The notes under the pieces: generated by a model | The model's database searches: none | What the model was told of the DNA's origin: nothing | The model's input: only the letters and a program-made list of their open reading frames with translations | Shown: positions 50,180-60,356 of the stretch, piece by piece | How the letters are laid out: every line of letters begins with the position of its first letter | Position numbering within the stretch: the stretch's first letter is position 1 | Assembly (NCBI GenBank): GCA_963797095.1 | Contig: CAWCNY010000006.1 | Location: 160,001-224,000 of the forward strand | Reading direction: 5' to 3' | DNA: 64,000 nucleotides | DNA from: an uncultured Chloroflexia bacterium | GTDB taxonomy: Bacteria > Chloroflexota > Chloroflexia > QHBQ01 > JADMIH01 | Program-made: the position numbers and the translations under genes

Positions 50180-51739
50180 ATGATCGAGAGCTTAATAGCG
50201 AGTGACTTTGAGCTTAATACACTCGATGATGTAGTCTCTTGCTTTAGCACTCTGGAGCGGAAGTTCAATGAGAAGCAAGATAAGCGCGCTATTTTCACAA
50301 CTGCTTACCTTACGATAACCAGGGCTATGAAAGAGGCGATAGAGGCGAGGCGCTTTGGAGATGATGAGTGGGTGGATATCTATCTCCGGAGTTTTGCGCG
50401 CCTGTATATGGAGGCTCTGCGCGCCTATGAAGAGGGGAACATGGAGCGTGTGCCTCGGGCCTGGCGGGTGGCTTTCGACCTCGCGGCGGCGCGCGAAGGG
50501 CTGGTTATCCAGCATCTCGTACTTGGTATCAATGCTCATGTGAATCACGATCTGCCATTCGCGCTGGTCAATGCGGGTATTGATCCGGATCGTCCCAGGC
50601 GGTATGACGACCATACCTCTGTGAACCTGGTGCTGGGTGCCACGCTCGATGCGCTGCAAGACCATGTGGAGCGGCTTTATTCACCTGTGCTGAGGCTGTT
50701 CGATAATATATTGGGCAGGTGGGACGACGAGTTCTCGTTTATGATGGTGAGGAACGCGCGCGAAAATGCGTGGCAGGCCTGCTTGCAATTGGTGGGGGCG
50801 CAGAGTGATGATGAGCGTGAGGTGGCGAGGCAGCAGGTGAACGAGGCTTCCGGCGCGCTGGCTGAAATGATAGTGCGTCCATTAAGTAACGTCAGCACTC
50901 TGTTTAAGTCCCTGTGCTCCCTGGAAGATCATAGTCCGGTCGGGCTGCTTATGCGGCTGCCTAAGCCGGATGAACACACCTATGCGGAGGAGGACTTGCT
51001 GCCGTCGCTCGACAGGCTTCATGAACGACTGGATGAGGTGATCGAGAAGTACGATGGGGCGGGCAGCGAAATGGCCGTATTTCCTACTTTCTACAGGATG
51101 TGGCTGCACATGCTTTCCTCCGCAGTGAAGGAAGGTATGTTTGCAGATCCTGAATGGATAATTCAGCTGGAGCTTTGGTGTGCGAGTAGCTATTTGCGCG
51201 CGCTCTCGGATTTCGATAGCGGAGAGGTATATGAGATACCGCACGGTTGGGTGTTGGCCCTTTATGCCGCTTATGACGCAGAGGCCACGATCCCGCAGCA
51301 TTTGATGCTTTCGATCAATGCCCGCATGAACCACGATGTACCGCTGCTCATGCGGTCGGGGGCGATTGCTATGCGTGGGGATAGAGAGCGCCATGGCGAC
51401 TTTGAGGGGTGGCGGCGACTTTACGATACAACGATCGAGTACATGGGGGCCAACCTGGTGCGGAAGTACAGGCAAGCGGCTGAACTGCTTGATATGAGTG
51501 TTGAGTTCCCGGAAAGATTGCTCGACCTGGATTTTCTTGAGGACGTCGAGTTCATAGCCTCAGCGGAAGCGGGCCTATCTGAGAAACGTGAGGATGGGGG
51601 TGTGGAGGAAATCGCCATAGGCGCGGCGGTGCGTGCCCATGAGATCCTGACGCGCCAGCATATCAGCTCGCCGGAGCTCACGGTGGCACTCAAGAAGATA
51701 GAGGCACAGTACGCAGGCAAATGGTCGGATTGGATTTAA
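50180..51739 (+). CDS. Protein with two tandem DUF5995-like domains
   Basis: LGINAHVNHDLP and a second LSINARMNHDVP; F...Y...T...F.D..W repeated. Confidence 0.8.
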   Translation: MIESLIASDFELNTLDDVVSCFSTLERKFNEKQDKRAIFTTAYLTITRAMKEAIEARRFGDDEWVDIYLRSFARLYMEALRAYEEGNMERVPRAWRVAFDLAAAREGLVIQHLVLGINAHVNHDLPFALVNAGIDPDRPRRYDDHTSVNLVLGATLDALQDHVERLYSPVLRLFDNILGRWDDEFSFMMVRNARENAWQACLQLVGAQSDDEREVARQQVNEASGALAEMIVRPLSNVSTLFKSLCSLEDHSPVGLLMRLPKPDEHTYAEEDLLPSLDRLHERLDEVIEKYDGAGSEMAVFPTFYRMWLHMLSSAVKEGMFADPEWIIQLELWCASSYLRALSDFDSGEVYEIPHGWVLALYAAYDAEATIPQHLMLSINARMNHDVPLLMRSGAIAMRGDRERHGDFEGWRRLYDTTIEYMGANLVRKYRQAAELLDMSVEFPERLLDLDFLEDVEFIASAEAGLSEKREDGGVEEIAIGAAVRAHEILTRQHISSPELTVALKKIEAQYAGKWSDWI

Positions 51740-51826
51740 TGCACTGAGTTATCCCCTACTTCCTAGCCCGGCTCAGGCGCACATATTTGCACACATGTTT
51801 AGCTTTTAACATAGGAGGTAACTTGA

Positions 51827-52399
51827 ATGCGAATGCTTGACAGCCATCCGTTTGGACTGCCTCGTTCCGGGCTGACCATGGTTGTTTGGGGCCTGGCGCT
51901 TCTTGTGGCGGGGGTAGTGAGCCAGTGGGTAAGCCTGCCCTATCCCGGTGGGTTCCTTGCGCTGTGGGGGGGTGCTACCGTGGTGGGCCTCGTTTTCCAG
52001 GGGCTGTGCCAGGCAAAGTACCAGCCTCTCAACTTCTACGTGTGGGTGAGCGCCATCGGCATTGGTTGGCTGTTCACTCTGTACGTGGTCTACAGTAACG
52101 GCAACCTGTATCCTGAGATCACGCCCGTGTGGTTCCTTTTGCTCGGCCTTGCTTATACACACACCGGGATGAAGATAAGCAATCGCTTTTATGCGCTCGC
52201 GGGCTTGCACTTCGTGCTGGCGATCATTTTTGAGCTGGTTGGTCGTGGCGTGATAACCGCAGATTTCCTGGTTGTCAATGGCGCGATTGTCTTTGGAGTG
52301 CTTGCCGGTACTAGTCTTTTGGTCGGCTCGGTTTACGCTCGTGTGCCGCTCAAGAGGCGACGTACGCCGCCCGATAGGAAGCTGTCAATGGAAACCTGA
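51827..52399 (+). CDS. Hypothetical 6-TM membrane protein
   Basis: AGGAGGT RBS and hydrophobic segments. Confidence 0.8.
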   Translation: MRMLDSHPFGLPRSGLTMVVWGLALLVAGVVSQWVSLPYPGGFLALWGGATVVGLVFQGLCQAKYQPLNFYVWVSAIGIGWLFTLYVVYSNGNLYPEITPVWFLLLGLAYTHTGMKISNRFYALAGLHFVLAIIFELVGRGVITADFLVVNGAIVFGVLAGTSLLVGSVYARVPLKRRRTPPDRKLSMET

Positions 52400-52513
52400 T
52401 AATGCCGAATTGTGGCCGTGAGTTATTGTATACTTACAAACGACAAAAGGCGGGCGGCAAGAAAGAAGGAGCGCAGCAAGGATATGATCATCACGGATAT
52501 GACGGAGGTTTAG

Positions 52514-52843
52514 ATGGCATACCGCGGTCGTGGTCTGGAGACGAGAGATATGAAGGCAGACGAGATCGCCCCGGACAGTTGCAAGACGGGGGTAGTGAAC
52601 GGTAAACAGGTGGCGATATTCAATATCGAGGGCACGTTGTACGCCACGCAGGCTGAGTGCACGCACCGGGGCGGCCCTCTGTGCGAGGGGTCTATCTGGG
52701 GCGGGGTGGTGACTTGCCCGTGGCACGGCTCCGAGTTCAATATCAAGACGGGCGAGGTGATTGAGGGTCCCGCAGATAAGCCGCTCCAGACGTACGAGGT
52801 CAGCGTGGAGGACGGCAAGATTGTTTTGAGGAGTGAGGAGTGA
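52514..52843 (+). CDS. Rieske [2Fe-2S] ferredoxin
   Basis: CTH...CPWH ligands and GPA motif. Confidence 0.93.
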   Translation: MAYRGRGLETRDMKADEIAPDSCKTGVVNGKQVAIFNIEGTLYATQAECTHRGGPLCEGSIWGGVVTCPWHGSEFNIKTGEVIEGPADKPLQTYEVSVEDGKIVLRSEE

Positions 52844-52936
52844 CGCGTGAGGAGTGACAAGTGACGCGTGACAAGTGACGCGTGTTCCTGGTTTCTGGTT
52901 CCTGGTTTTGGCTACTCGTCACTCGTCAGAATAGAT

Positions 52937-54094
52937 ATGACAGTTTCTTACTGGCAGGACAAATCTAGCGAGCACCTTATTGAGTGCGATGCGTGCGTGG
53001 TTGGGGCGGGCATTATCGGGCTGTATGTGGCCCGGTTGCTGGCATGGCAGGGACGGCGCACGATCGTGCTTGAGGGGCGGCACGTGGCTGCGGGGGCTTC
53101 GGGGCGGAATGCCGGGATGGTGCTGACAGGGGCGGCTCACCATTACTACGAAGCTATACGCATGTATGGGCGTGATATCGCGCGTGAGTTATGGAATATG
53201 AGCCTGCACAACCGCGAGATCGTGCGCGGGCTGTCGGAGGAGTTTGGCACGCCTTACGATGCTTGCGGGTCGCTGCTGCTGGCGCTTGATGATACGGAAG
53301 CGGAGGACCTTGAGCGCACGGCAGGTGCTATGCTCGATGATGGGATCACGGTGAAGTTCACGCACAAAGACCCGACCAAGAGGGGGTTCGCGGCTGCTAT
53401 CATCCAGCCTGGGGACGCTGGGATACACCCGGCGCGGTTTGCCGAGGCGCTGGCAGCCACTTGCGGGGCCGAACTGTGGGAGCAGTCGGAGGTGTTCGGG
53501 TGGGAGACGCTGCCCGATGGAAGGCTGGGGGTACGGTCGCGGCGGGTCACGGTGCGGTGCGAGATGATGGCGCTATGCACCAACTCTTATGCGCCGCTGA
53601 TGCACCCCTATTTTGTTGGGAAGGTGCAGCCGACACGCGGGCAGGCGTTCGTCACCGAGCCGATCGGGCATAGGGTGTTGAACCAGCTTTGCTACGCCGA
53701 TTACGGGTATGAGTATTTCCGGCAGTTGCCCGATGGGCGGTTCTTTCTGGGCGGGTGGCGTCACCACTTCCGCGATATGGAGGTGGGGTACGAGGATCGC
53801 ACTACGGAGGAGGTGCAAGGCGGGCTGAGAGGGTTTATGCAGAGGTATTTCCCGGATGTTGCGCAGGCGCGGATCTCGCACAAGTGGTCGGGCACTATGG
53901 GGTTTAGCGCGGACGCTATTCCGCTGGTGGGATCGCTGCCGGATGAGCCGAATGTGTTCTTCGCGGTGGGGTTCACGGGGCATGGGCTGGGGTTTGGGTT
54001 GGCGACCGCCGAGCGGTTGGCGGCGCGGATGCTGTACGGGCATGAGTTGGGGTTTTTGGATGCGCGGAGATTGGACGCGCCTGCTGAAGTGTGA
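52937..54094 (+). CDS. FAD-dependent oxidoreductase (DAO/PuuB-like)
   Basis: VVGAGIIG, GASGRNAG and GFTGHG motifs. Confidence 0.92.
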   Translation: MTVSYWQDKSSEHLIECDACVVGAGIIGLYVARLLAWQGRRTIVLEGRHVAAGASGRNAGMVLTGAAHHYYEAIRMYGRDIARELWNMSLHNREIVRGLSEEFGTPYDACGSLLLALDDTEAEDLERTAGAMLDDGITVKFTHKDPTKRGFAAAIIQPGDAGIHPARFAEALAATCGAELWEQSEVFGWETLPDGRLGVRSRRVTVRCEMMALCTNSYAPLMHPYFVGKVQPTRGQAFVTEPIGHRVLNQLCYADYGYEYFRQLPDGRFFLGGWRHHFRDMEVGYEDRTTEEVQGGLRGFMQRYFPDVAQARISHKWSGTMGFSADAIPLVGSLPDEPNVFFAVGFTGHGLGFGLATAERLAARMLYGHELGFLDARRLDAPAEV

Positions 54095-54109
54095 TGAGGG
54101 ACGAGTGAG

Positions 54110-55117
54110 ATGAGTGCGGGGAATATGTCGGGGTGGCCGCAGGAGCTTGTGGATGTAGCGAAGAATTATGTTACTTGCGAGTTTGCTACGCTTACAAAGC
54201 GCAATACGCCTGTGACGTGGCCGCTTACCCCTTATTTGGGGGAGGATGGACGGACGGTCGATGTTTCGACGGGGTTGTCTTATCCGGCGAAGGCCGAGCG
54301 GGCACGGCGCAATCCGAAGGTGGGGGTGTTGTTCTCCGACCCGGTGGGATCGGGGTTGGAGAAGCCGCCTGTGGTGCTGGTACAGGGGCTGGCTACTGTG
54401 CGCGACCGCGATTTGCAGGCCGGATCTGACCGCTATGTGCGGCTCAATTTTGAGAAGTTACCGGAGACTTATAAGGGGCAGCCCGCGTTCGTGTTGAAGC
54501 GCCAGCAGTGGTATTTCACTCGCGCCTGGATACTGGTGACGCCGCTGAAGGTGATGTGGTGGCCGGGCGGGGATGCGGAAGTAAGCCCGGAGATTTGGAA
54601 CGCGCCGGAAGGGACGGTTGCGCCGCCTTCGGACCCTCCACCTTCGGGGCCTGCGCCCAAGCCGTGGAATAAGGAAGCCCCAGATTGGCATAAGGGGGCA
54701 GAGTTCGTGATGGCGAAGTTGGGTTTGCCTGTGCTGACGGTGGTGGACCGGGAGAGTGGATTCCCGGTGCCTTTTCGCGCTAAGGGCGTGAGGCTGACGT
54801 CTGAGGGTTTTAGCCTGGAGATGGCGAAGGGAATGCCTGTGGAGGCATCAGGGCCTGCTTGCCTGACCTTCCACGGTCACCCCGAAGTGTTTGTCAGCCA
54901 GCAGAACACGTCGTTTGTGGGCGAGGCTGTGGCCGGCGATGGGGGAGCTAGTTTCAGGGTTGAAAGGCAGTTGGGCGATTTCAGCCTGGGCACGTCAAAG
55001 CTGTCGGCGGCTGTGAATTTTGTGGTCGCGGGTTTTCGGCTGCGCCCGCACTTGCGCCGGGAGCTTGAACGCCGGGGTCAGCCGATGCCTAGGGTTAATT
55101 TGCCTGGTAGTCGGTAG
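54110..55117 (+). CDS. Pyridoxamine 5'-phosphate oxidase-like split-barrel protein
   Basis: CEFATL...PVTWP and K...ARRNPKV motifs, with an apparent second barrel. Confidence 0.75.
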   Translation: MSAGNMSGWPQELVDVAKNYVTCEFATLTKRNTPVTWPLTPYLGEDGRTVDVSTGLSYPAKAERARRNPKVGVLFSDPVGSGLEKPPVVLVQGLATVRDRDLQAGSDRYVRLNFEKLPETYKGQPAFVLKRQQWYFTRAWILVTPLKVMWWPGGDAEVSPEIWNAPEGTVAPPSDPPPSGPAPKPWNKEAPDWHKGAEFVMAKLGLPVLTVVDRESGFPVPFRAKGVRLTSEGFSLEMAKGMPVEASGPACLTFHGHPEVFVSQQNTSFVGEAVAGDGGASFRVERQLGDFSLGTSKLSAAVNFVVAGFRLRPHLRRELERRGQPMPRVNLPGSR

Positions 55118-55213
55118 TCGGTAGTCGGAGGAGGTAGTTCCAAGTTCCTGGTTCCAAGTTCCAAGTTCCTGGTTCCTGAGTTCTGATTGTTGAATACCGA
55201 CTACCGACTACCG
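55107..55213. repeat. Nested heptamer-repeat palindrome between convergent genes
   Basis: (GTAGTCG)x3 ... (GTTCCAA/GTTCCTG)x6 ... (CCGACTA)x2 in inverted orientation. Confidence 0.85.
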
Positions 55214-55216
55214 TTG

Positions 55217-55855
55217 TTACGCCCTTACCAGCGGGGTGTCTACCAGGTGCTCGGCTATGAACCAGACCTGTAGCTCGTTGGTGCGGAGCACGTCGCTCAT
55301 TAGCAGGTCGTTGGTGCCCCAATCCTTGTTCTTCTCGGTGTCCTCTATTGCCTCGCGCACTTCGGAGATGATGGTTTCGTGGGCGTCCAGAAGGCGGGAG
55401 ATCATGGCGGGTACTTCCTCGCGACCATTTGGGGGGCGTCCGATCCTGGTGATCTCGGCCACATGGCGCGGGTCGGCTATGGCGATGCCTCCGAGGAGTT
55501 GCACGCGCTCGGCGAGCATGTCCACCAGTTCAAGCTGCTCACCTGCGTGCTTGTCGAAGAGGAGATGCAACTGGTAGAAGGTATGGCCCGTAACGAGCCA
55601 GTGATGCTTCTTGTAGAGATTGTAGAGGATGATGGTGTCGGCCAGCACCTGGTTCAGGAGGTCGCAACTCTGGGATCTCGCTTTTTGGGGCAGGGCGATA
55701 GGCAGGTCACGAAGGGTGCCATAGCGCTGTATCTCTTTGCTTGACTGGTCCAGCAGGGGTTGGGCGTCGTTGACGTGCCTGTTGGGGCCGCTGCCTACAC
55801 CTTCTCGGGTGCGTGCGCCATCGTTTGTGGTGGTCTTAGTGTTTCTCGTAGCCAC
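55217..55855 (-). CDS. dps: Dps family DNA protection / ferritin-like protein
   Basis: KKHHWLVTG, FYQLHLLFD, DMLAERVQLLGG and VWF motifs. Confidence 0.93.
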   Translation of the reverse strand: MATRNTKTTTNDGARTREGVGSGPNRHVNDAQPLLDQSSKEIQRYGTLRDLPIALPQKARSQSCDLLNQVLADTIILYNLYKKHHWLVTGHTFYQLHLLFDKHAGEQLELVDMLAERVQLLGGIAIADPRHVAEITRIGRPPNGREEVPAMISRLLDAHETIISEVREAIEDTEKNKDWGTNDLLMSDVLRTNELQVWFIAEHLVDTPLVRA

Positions 55856-56082
55856 TTCAGTACTCCCTCTTTCACAATTATTCTTCTCGCTTTGAAGTTC
55901 CAATTCCTGGCGCATGGGAGCTAGACTGAAGAGGCTGTAGAACGTAGTGGTGTGGCGGCCTCTTCCAACCTAGCAGGGTGTAAGAAGCAAATAGCGTGCC
56001 AATGGGGCCAGTAGGGTGAAATTATCCACATTTGCGCCAGGCTTTACCAACCCCTTATAATTGAATAGAGGCTCATTTCTGC

Positions 56083-56637
56083 ATGATCACATTGACAACT
56101 ATTATCGCGGTGTTGCGTGGGGGCACCGTGACGATGGCCGGGGACGGCCAGGTCACCATCGGCGACGTGGTGATGAAACATTCAGCCCGCAAGATCCGCA
56201 CGTTGTACAAAGGTCATGTGTTGGCGGGCTTCGCGGGTGCTGTGGCTGACGCGCTCGCTTTATTCGAGAAGTTTGAATCCCAGCTTGAACGCAACAAAGG
56301 CAACCTGAGGAAGAGCGCCGTCGATCTCACGAAGGAGTGGCGCACCGACAGGTATTTGCGCCGCCTGGAGGCGCAACTGCTCGTAGCCGACCCCGATGGG
56401 CTGCTCGTGCTGTCGGGTGACGGTGAGGTGATAGAGCCTGATGACGGGGTTGCTGCCATAGGCTCAGGCTCGCCGTATGCGCTGGCCGCCGCTCGCGCCC
56501 TGTTGAAGCATACCGAGCTAGGTGCGGAGGAGATAGCACGCTCGGCAATGCAGATCGCCGGAGATCTGGATATATATACGAATAGCAATATAGCGTTTTT
56601 TACGCTTCCAAATGGCTCGGTGACGAGTGACGAATAA
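56083..56637 (+). CDS. hslV: ATP-dependent protease subunit HslV
   Basis: [33 protein letters not shown] and AIGSG motifs. Confidence 0.97.
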   Translation: MITLTTIIAVLRGGTVTMAGDGQVTIGDVVMKHSARKIRTLYKGHVLAGFAGAVADALALFEKFESQLERNKGNLRKSAVDLTKEWRTDRYLRRLEAQLLVADPDGLLVLSGDGEVIEPDDGVAAIGSGSPYALAAARALLKHTELGAEEIARSAMQIAGDLDIYTNSNIAFFTLPNGSVTSDE

Positions 56638-56680
56638 AGTGGTCACTCGTCAAAGAAAACTAGCAAGCGAGGTATAAGCG

Positions 56681-58183
56681 ATGCAAGACCTCACACCCCG
56701 CCAGATCGTGGCGGAACTTGACAAGTATATAGTAGGACAGGACGCCGCCAAGCGGGCGGTGGCCGTGGCCTTGCGCAACCGTGTGCGGCGCGAACGTGTT
56801 TCCGAGGATATGCGTGACGAGATCACACCCAAGAACATGATGATGATCGGGCCGACCGGCGTGGGCAAGACTGAGATCGCCCGGCGCGTGGCAAAACTCA
56901 TCGACGCACCTTTTGTCAAGGTGGAGGCAACCAAATTCACCGAGGTGGGGTACGTGGGCCGCGATGTCGACTCGATCGTGCGCGACCTTGCGGAGTCGGC
57001 ATTCAGGCTGGAGTACGATAACAGGCTGGCCGAGGTGCGCGCCCGCGCCGAGGTGCTTGCCAACGAGCGTATCATCAACTACCTGCTGGAGCAGAGAGCC
57101 GATCTGCATAGCGGCAAGCGGTCGCGGCAGGCGCGGGCCAAGCTACAGGCCCAGGCGCAGGCAGGCGGTGAGGCAATCGCCGTGGCCGAAGAGGCTCCAA
57201 TGCCGAATCCGGGGCCGGTAGCAGTGGAATCTGCTCAGCAACCTGTATCCGAGCGTGCCCTCAAGATCCAACGCCGCAAGTTGACTCGGCTGCTGTCCGA
57301 GCACAAGCTGGACGAGGAGCAAATCGAGATAGACGCCGGTGATGGCGACCTGGGTGATGATTTGAGCGGGGTGCTTGAGTTTTCGCCGGGAATGTCGGCT
57401 GAAGAAATGAGCGACTCGTTCAATGAGTTCCTGGATGGGTATAGATCTATCCAGTCGGATATCAGGAATTTCTCGGCGCGAAAGCGGATGAGGCGGGTGT
57501 CGGTGCGCGAGGCGCAGAGGATATTGACGGAAGAGGAGTTGAGCAAATTGCTCGATATGGATACCATTGTGGACAATGCGATTCGTAGAGCCGAGCAATC
57601 GGGCGTGGTGTTCATAGACGAGTTGGACAAGCTGGCGGGTCCTCCGAGCGAGACCGGACCGGATGTATCGGGGATGGGCGTGCAGCGCGATCTCCTTCCT
57701 ATTGTAGAGGGATCGACTGTGCAGACGCGCTATGGACCGCTGAAGACCGACCATGTGCTGTTCATCGCGGCAGGAGCGTTCCACTCGGCCAAGCCTTCGG
57801 ACCTGATACCGGAGCTTCAGGGCCGGTTCCCGTTGCGGGTTGAGCTTGGGAGCCTGAACCGGGCGCAATTGACCTCGATCCTGACCGAGCCTCAGAACTC
57901 GCTCACACGGCAGTACGAGGCGTTGCTCGAAACCGAGGATGTAAAATTAGAGTTCACCGATGATGGGCTTAAGCGGATCGCCGAGGTGGCATCGGACTTG
58001 AACGAACGCGGGGAGGATATCGGGGCGCGCCGCCTGCACACACTGATGGAGCAGGTGTTGGAGGAGGTGGCGTTCAACGCCGAGGACTTCGCCGGCAAGA
58101 CGATAGTGGTGGATAGCGAGTATGTGGATAGCCGCGTCAAGACTATCGTCCTTGACGAGGACCTGAGCAGGTTCATACTCTAG
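56681..58183 (+). CDS. hslU: ATP-dependent protease ATPase subunit HslU
   Basis: LTPRQIV.ELDKYIVGQ, GPTGVGKTEIARR, GYVGRDV and GVQRDLLP motifs. Confidence 0.97.
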   Translation: MQDLTPRQIVAELDKYIVGQDAAKRAVAVALRNRVRRERVSEDMRDEITPKNMMMIGPTGVGKTEIARRVAKLIDAPFVKVEATKFTEVGYVGRDVDSIVRDLAESAFRLEYDNRLAEVRARAEVLANERIINYLLEQRADLHSGKRSRQARAKLQAQAQAGGEAIAVAEEAPMPNPGPVAVESAQQPVSERALKIQRRKLTRLLSEHKLDEEQIEIDAGDGDLGDDLSGVLEFSPGMSAEEMSDSFNEFLDGYRSIQSDIRNFSARKRMRRVSVREAQRILTEEELSKLLDMDTIVDNAIRRAEQSGVVFIDELDKLAGPPSETGPDVSGMGVQRDLLPIVEGSTVQTRYGPLKTDHVLFIAAGAFHSAKPSDLIPELQGRFPLRVELGSLNRAQLTSILTEPQNSLTRQYEALLETEDVKLEFTDDGLKRIAEVASDLNERGEDIGARRLHTLMEQVLEEVAFNAEDFAGKTIVVDSEYVDSRVKTIVLDEDLSRFIL

Positions 58184-58192
58184 AAGGGGCTA

Positions 58193-58240
58193 TTATAAAG
58201 AACAAAGGAGGCGGCTTGGCCGCCTCCTTTGTTCTTTATA
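58193..58240. terminator. Long inverted-repeat terminator after hslU
   Basis: TATAAAGAACAAAGGAGGCGGC...GCCGCCTCCTTTGTTCTTTATA. Confidence 0.9.
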
Positions 58241-58263
58241 GGTCACTGCTATGGCCGCTTAAC

Positions 58264-58305
58264 TATGGCAAAACCGTTGACAAACCTTGATCCGTACTCT
58301 ATTAT
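58264..58305 (+). promoter_or_regulatory. Promoter with CarH-type direct-repeat operator candidate
   Basis: TTGACA (58277)-17 bp-TATTAT; AAACCGTTGAC/AAACCTTGAT repeats overlap the -35. Confidence 0.6.
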
Positions 58306-58354
58306 AGGTTGAGATGATTATGGGTTGAGATGGACGCTTAGAGTGGTGGTACCT

Positions 58355-59347
58355 TTGGATTCTCAGCGAAACGCCCCGGTATACAACATTAAAGCAGTGG
58401 TGAGGTTGACAGGTGTGCCTGCCGACACGCTTCGTCGATGGGAGAGCCGTTATGGTGTTGTCGTGCCTCAGCGCACCGATAGCGGGTATAGGCTCTATTC
58501 ACAGCACGATGTGGATACGATTCTGTGGTTGAAGGGCAAGCTGGAGGATGGCCTTTCGATCAGCAGCGCCTGCGAGATGTTGCGCCAGATGGGCAGAGAG
58601 CCATATCACGAGGGTGGGACCAATGTGGCTGTTGGTGCCTCAGGTAGCAATCGTGACACCATTGCGCAGGATGTGAGCGCGCCTGTGCGCTCGGTCGAAG
58701 CATTGCGTGAGGAGTTGCTGGATGGGTTCCGCTCTGTAGATGAGGAGCGGGCAGGACGTGTGCTGAACGAGGCGATTGGCCTCTACCCTGTTGATGATGT
58801 GTGCCTGGATATTATTCAGCCTGCGCTGGTGGAGATTGGCGAGTTGTGGCTGGAAGGCAAAGTGTCGGTGGCGGTTGAGCATTTTGCTTCGTCCTTCGTG
58901 CGGTCGAGGCTGGCTAACCTGTTCCACTCAAGCCCGCATAGTCTTTATGGGCCTCTGGTACTGGTGGGGTGCGCCCCTGAGGAATATCACGAACTTGGAG
59001 CTATGTTCCTGGCGTTGTTCCTGAGGCGGGCGGGGTTTCGGGTGGTTTATCTGGGCCAGAATGTGCCGCTGGAGAGTTTGCGTGGTATGATACAGACCAT
59101 GAAGCCGGATGGGGTTTGTATTTCAGCCACGCGTGCCGAGACTGCGTCTTCCCTCTACCAGTTGAGTGAGCTAATAGATGCGGCGACGAATGAGGGTGGA
59201 TATACACCTGTCATCGCCTACGGTGGGCGGGCGTTCAATAAGTCACCCGATATCACGGAGCGCCTGGGTGGCATTTACCTGGGCAAGGACGCACGAGCGG
59301 CGGTGCAGAAACTGTCGGAGAGCCTGCACCCCGGACGAGTTCACTAA
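58355..59347 (+). CDS. MerR-family cobalamin-binding regulator (CarH/LitR type)
   Basis: TLRRWESRYG..P.RT.SGYRLY HTH, Wx9EH, EYHELG and YLG motifs. Confidence 0.92.
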   Translation: MDSQRNAPVYNIKAVVRLTGVPADTLRRWESRYGVVVPQRTDSGYRLYSQHDVDTILWLKGKLEDGLSISSACEMLRQMGREPYHEGGTNVAVGASGSNRDTIAQDVSAPVRSVEALREELLDGFRSVDEERAGRVLNEAIGLYPVDDVCLDIIQPALVEIGELWLEGKVSVAVEHFASSFVRSRLANLFHSSPHSLYGPLVLVGCAPEEYHELGAMFLALFLRRAGFRVVYLGQNVPLESLRGMIQTMKPDGVCISATRAETASSLYQLSELIDAATNEGGYTPVIAYGGRAFNKSPDITERLGGIYLGKDARAAVQKLSESLHPGRVH

Positions 59348-59349
59348 AG

Positions 59350-60294
59350 ATGGCTAACTCCACGATTTTGTACGCTTGCACCCACGATGGGCTGGCGATA
59401 TTCAATAAGCCTGGCACGCTGCCTGAGTGGCTGCCTCCCCGCATGGTGCTGAAGGGGCAGGAGGTGACTTCTGCGTGGGCCGAGCCGGGGCCTCCTATTC
59501 GGGTGCTGGCGGCTGTGGACGGCTCGATCATGGCGAGCGAGAACGGGGGCAGGACGTGGGAGGCGGCAGGGCCTAAAGTCGCGGGCAGAGCTTCGACTTT
59601 TATGTCGATCTTCTATGTGGCCGATGCGGAGACGTTGTTTGCTGTGCAGTATGACGGTGGGTTGTGGAAGTCGGTGGACGGCGGGGGCAGCTGGGGGAAA
59701 CTGGCTTCGCTACCTGCCGAGGGGTGCGTGCTGGCGCTGGAGCCCGCTGCGGGAGCGGTGGGGGAGTTCTATGCGCTGGTGGGCGAGAGCGAGGGGACGG
59801 CGCTGTACGTGGGCAACCCTGATAGCGGGCGGTGGACGGCGGTGGGTGATGATGGCTTGCGCGACCTTGAACTGGTTACGATTGGGCAGGCCGGGGATCA
59901 GGGTTTGTACGGCCTCACGCCTTCGGGCATTGTGGGCATTGAGGCGGGAGAGGAAGCAGGGCGGGTGGCGATCACGCCGCGAGGCGCTGCGCCGGGGGAC
60001 GGGCAGGCGCTGGCGGTGATACCGGGCGCGGTTTCTATGCACCCGGCACTGGTGGTGGGTACTCAGGCGGGAATTGGGGTCAGCCCGGATGGTGGGCTTA
60101 CTTGGAACACGCCGGGATTGCCTCATGGTGGGGGCGTGACGGTGTTCGCACGCGATCCTGAGCGGCGGGACAGGTTGTATGCGGCGGTTGGTGGGGGTTA
60201 TTTGCTGGAGAGCGGCAACCGGGGCGCAGACTGGCAGGAGATCAATGCGAAGCCTGTGGGGCCTGTTGGGTATTTGTTCGTCTTGCGGATTTAG
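59350..60294 (+). CDS. BNR/Asp-box beta-propeller protein
   Basis: SENGGRTW, SVDGGGSW, SPDGGLTW and SGNRGADW motifs. Confidence 0.85.
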   Translation: MANSTILYACTHDGLAIFNKPGTLPEWLPPRMVLKGQEVTSAWAEPGPPIRVLAAVDGSIMASENGGRTWEAAGPKVAGRASTFMSIFYVADAETLFAVQYDGGLWKSVDGGGSWGKLASLPAEGCVLALEPAAGAVGEFYALVGESEGTALYVGNPDSGRWTAVGDDGLRDLELVTIGQAGDQGLYGLTPSGIVGIEAGEEAGRVAITPRGAAPGDGQALAVIPGAVSMHPALVVGTQAGIGVSPDGGLTWNTPGLPHGGGVTVFARDPERRDRLYAAVGGGYLLESGNRGADWQEINAKPVGPVGYLFVLRI

Positions 60295-60356
60295 CATCCT
60301 GTTTCAATAGGTGAGTCGCGTCTCGCCCCTACAAGTATGAGAGTGTATATTGCGGG

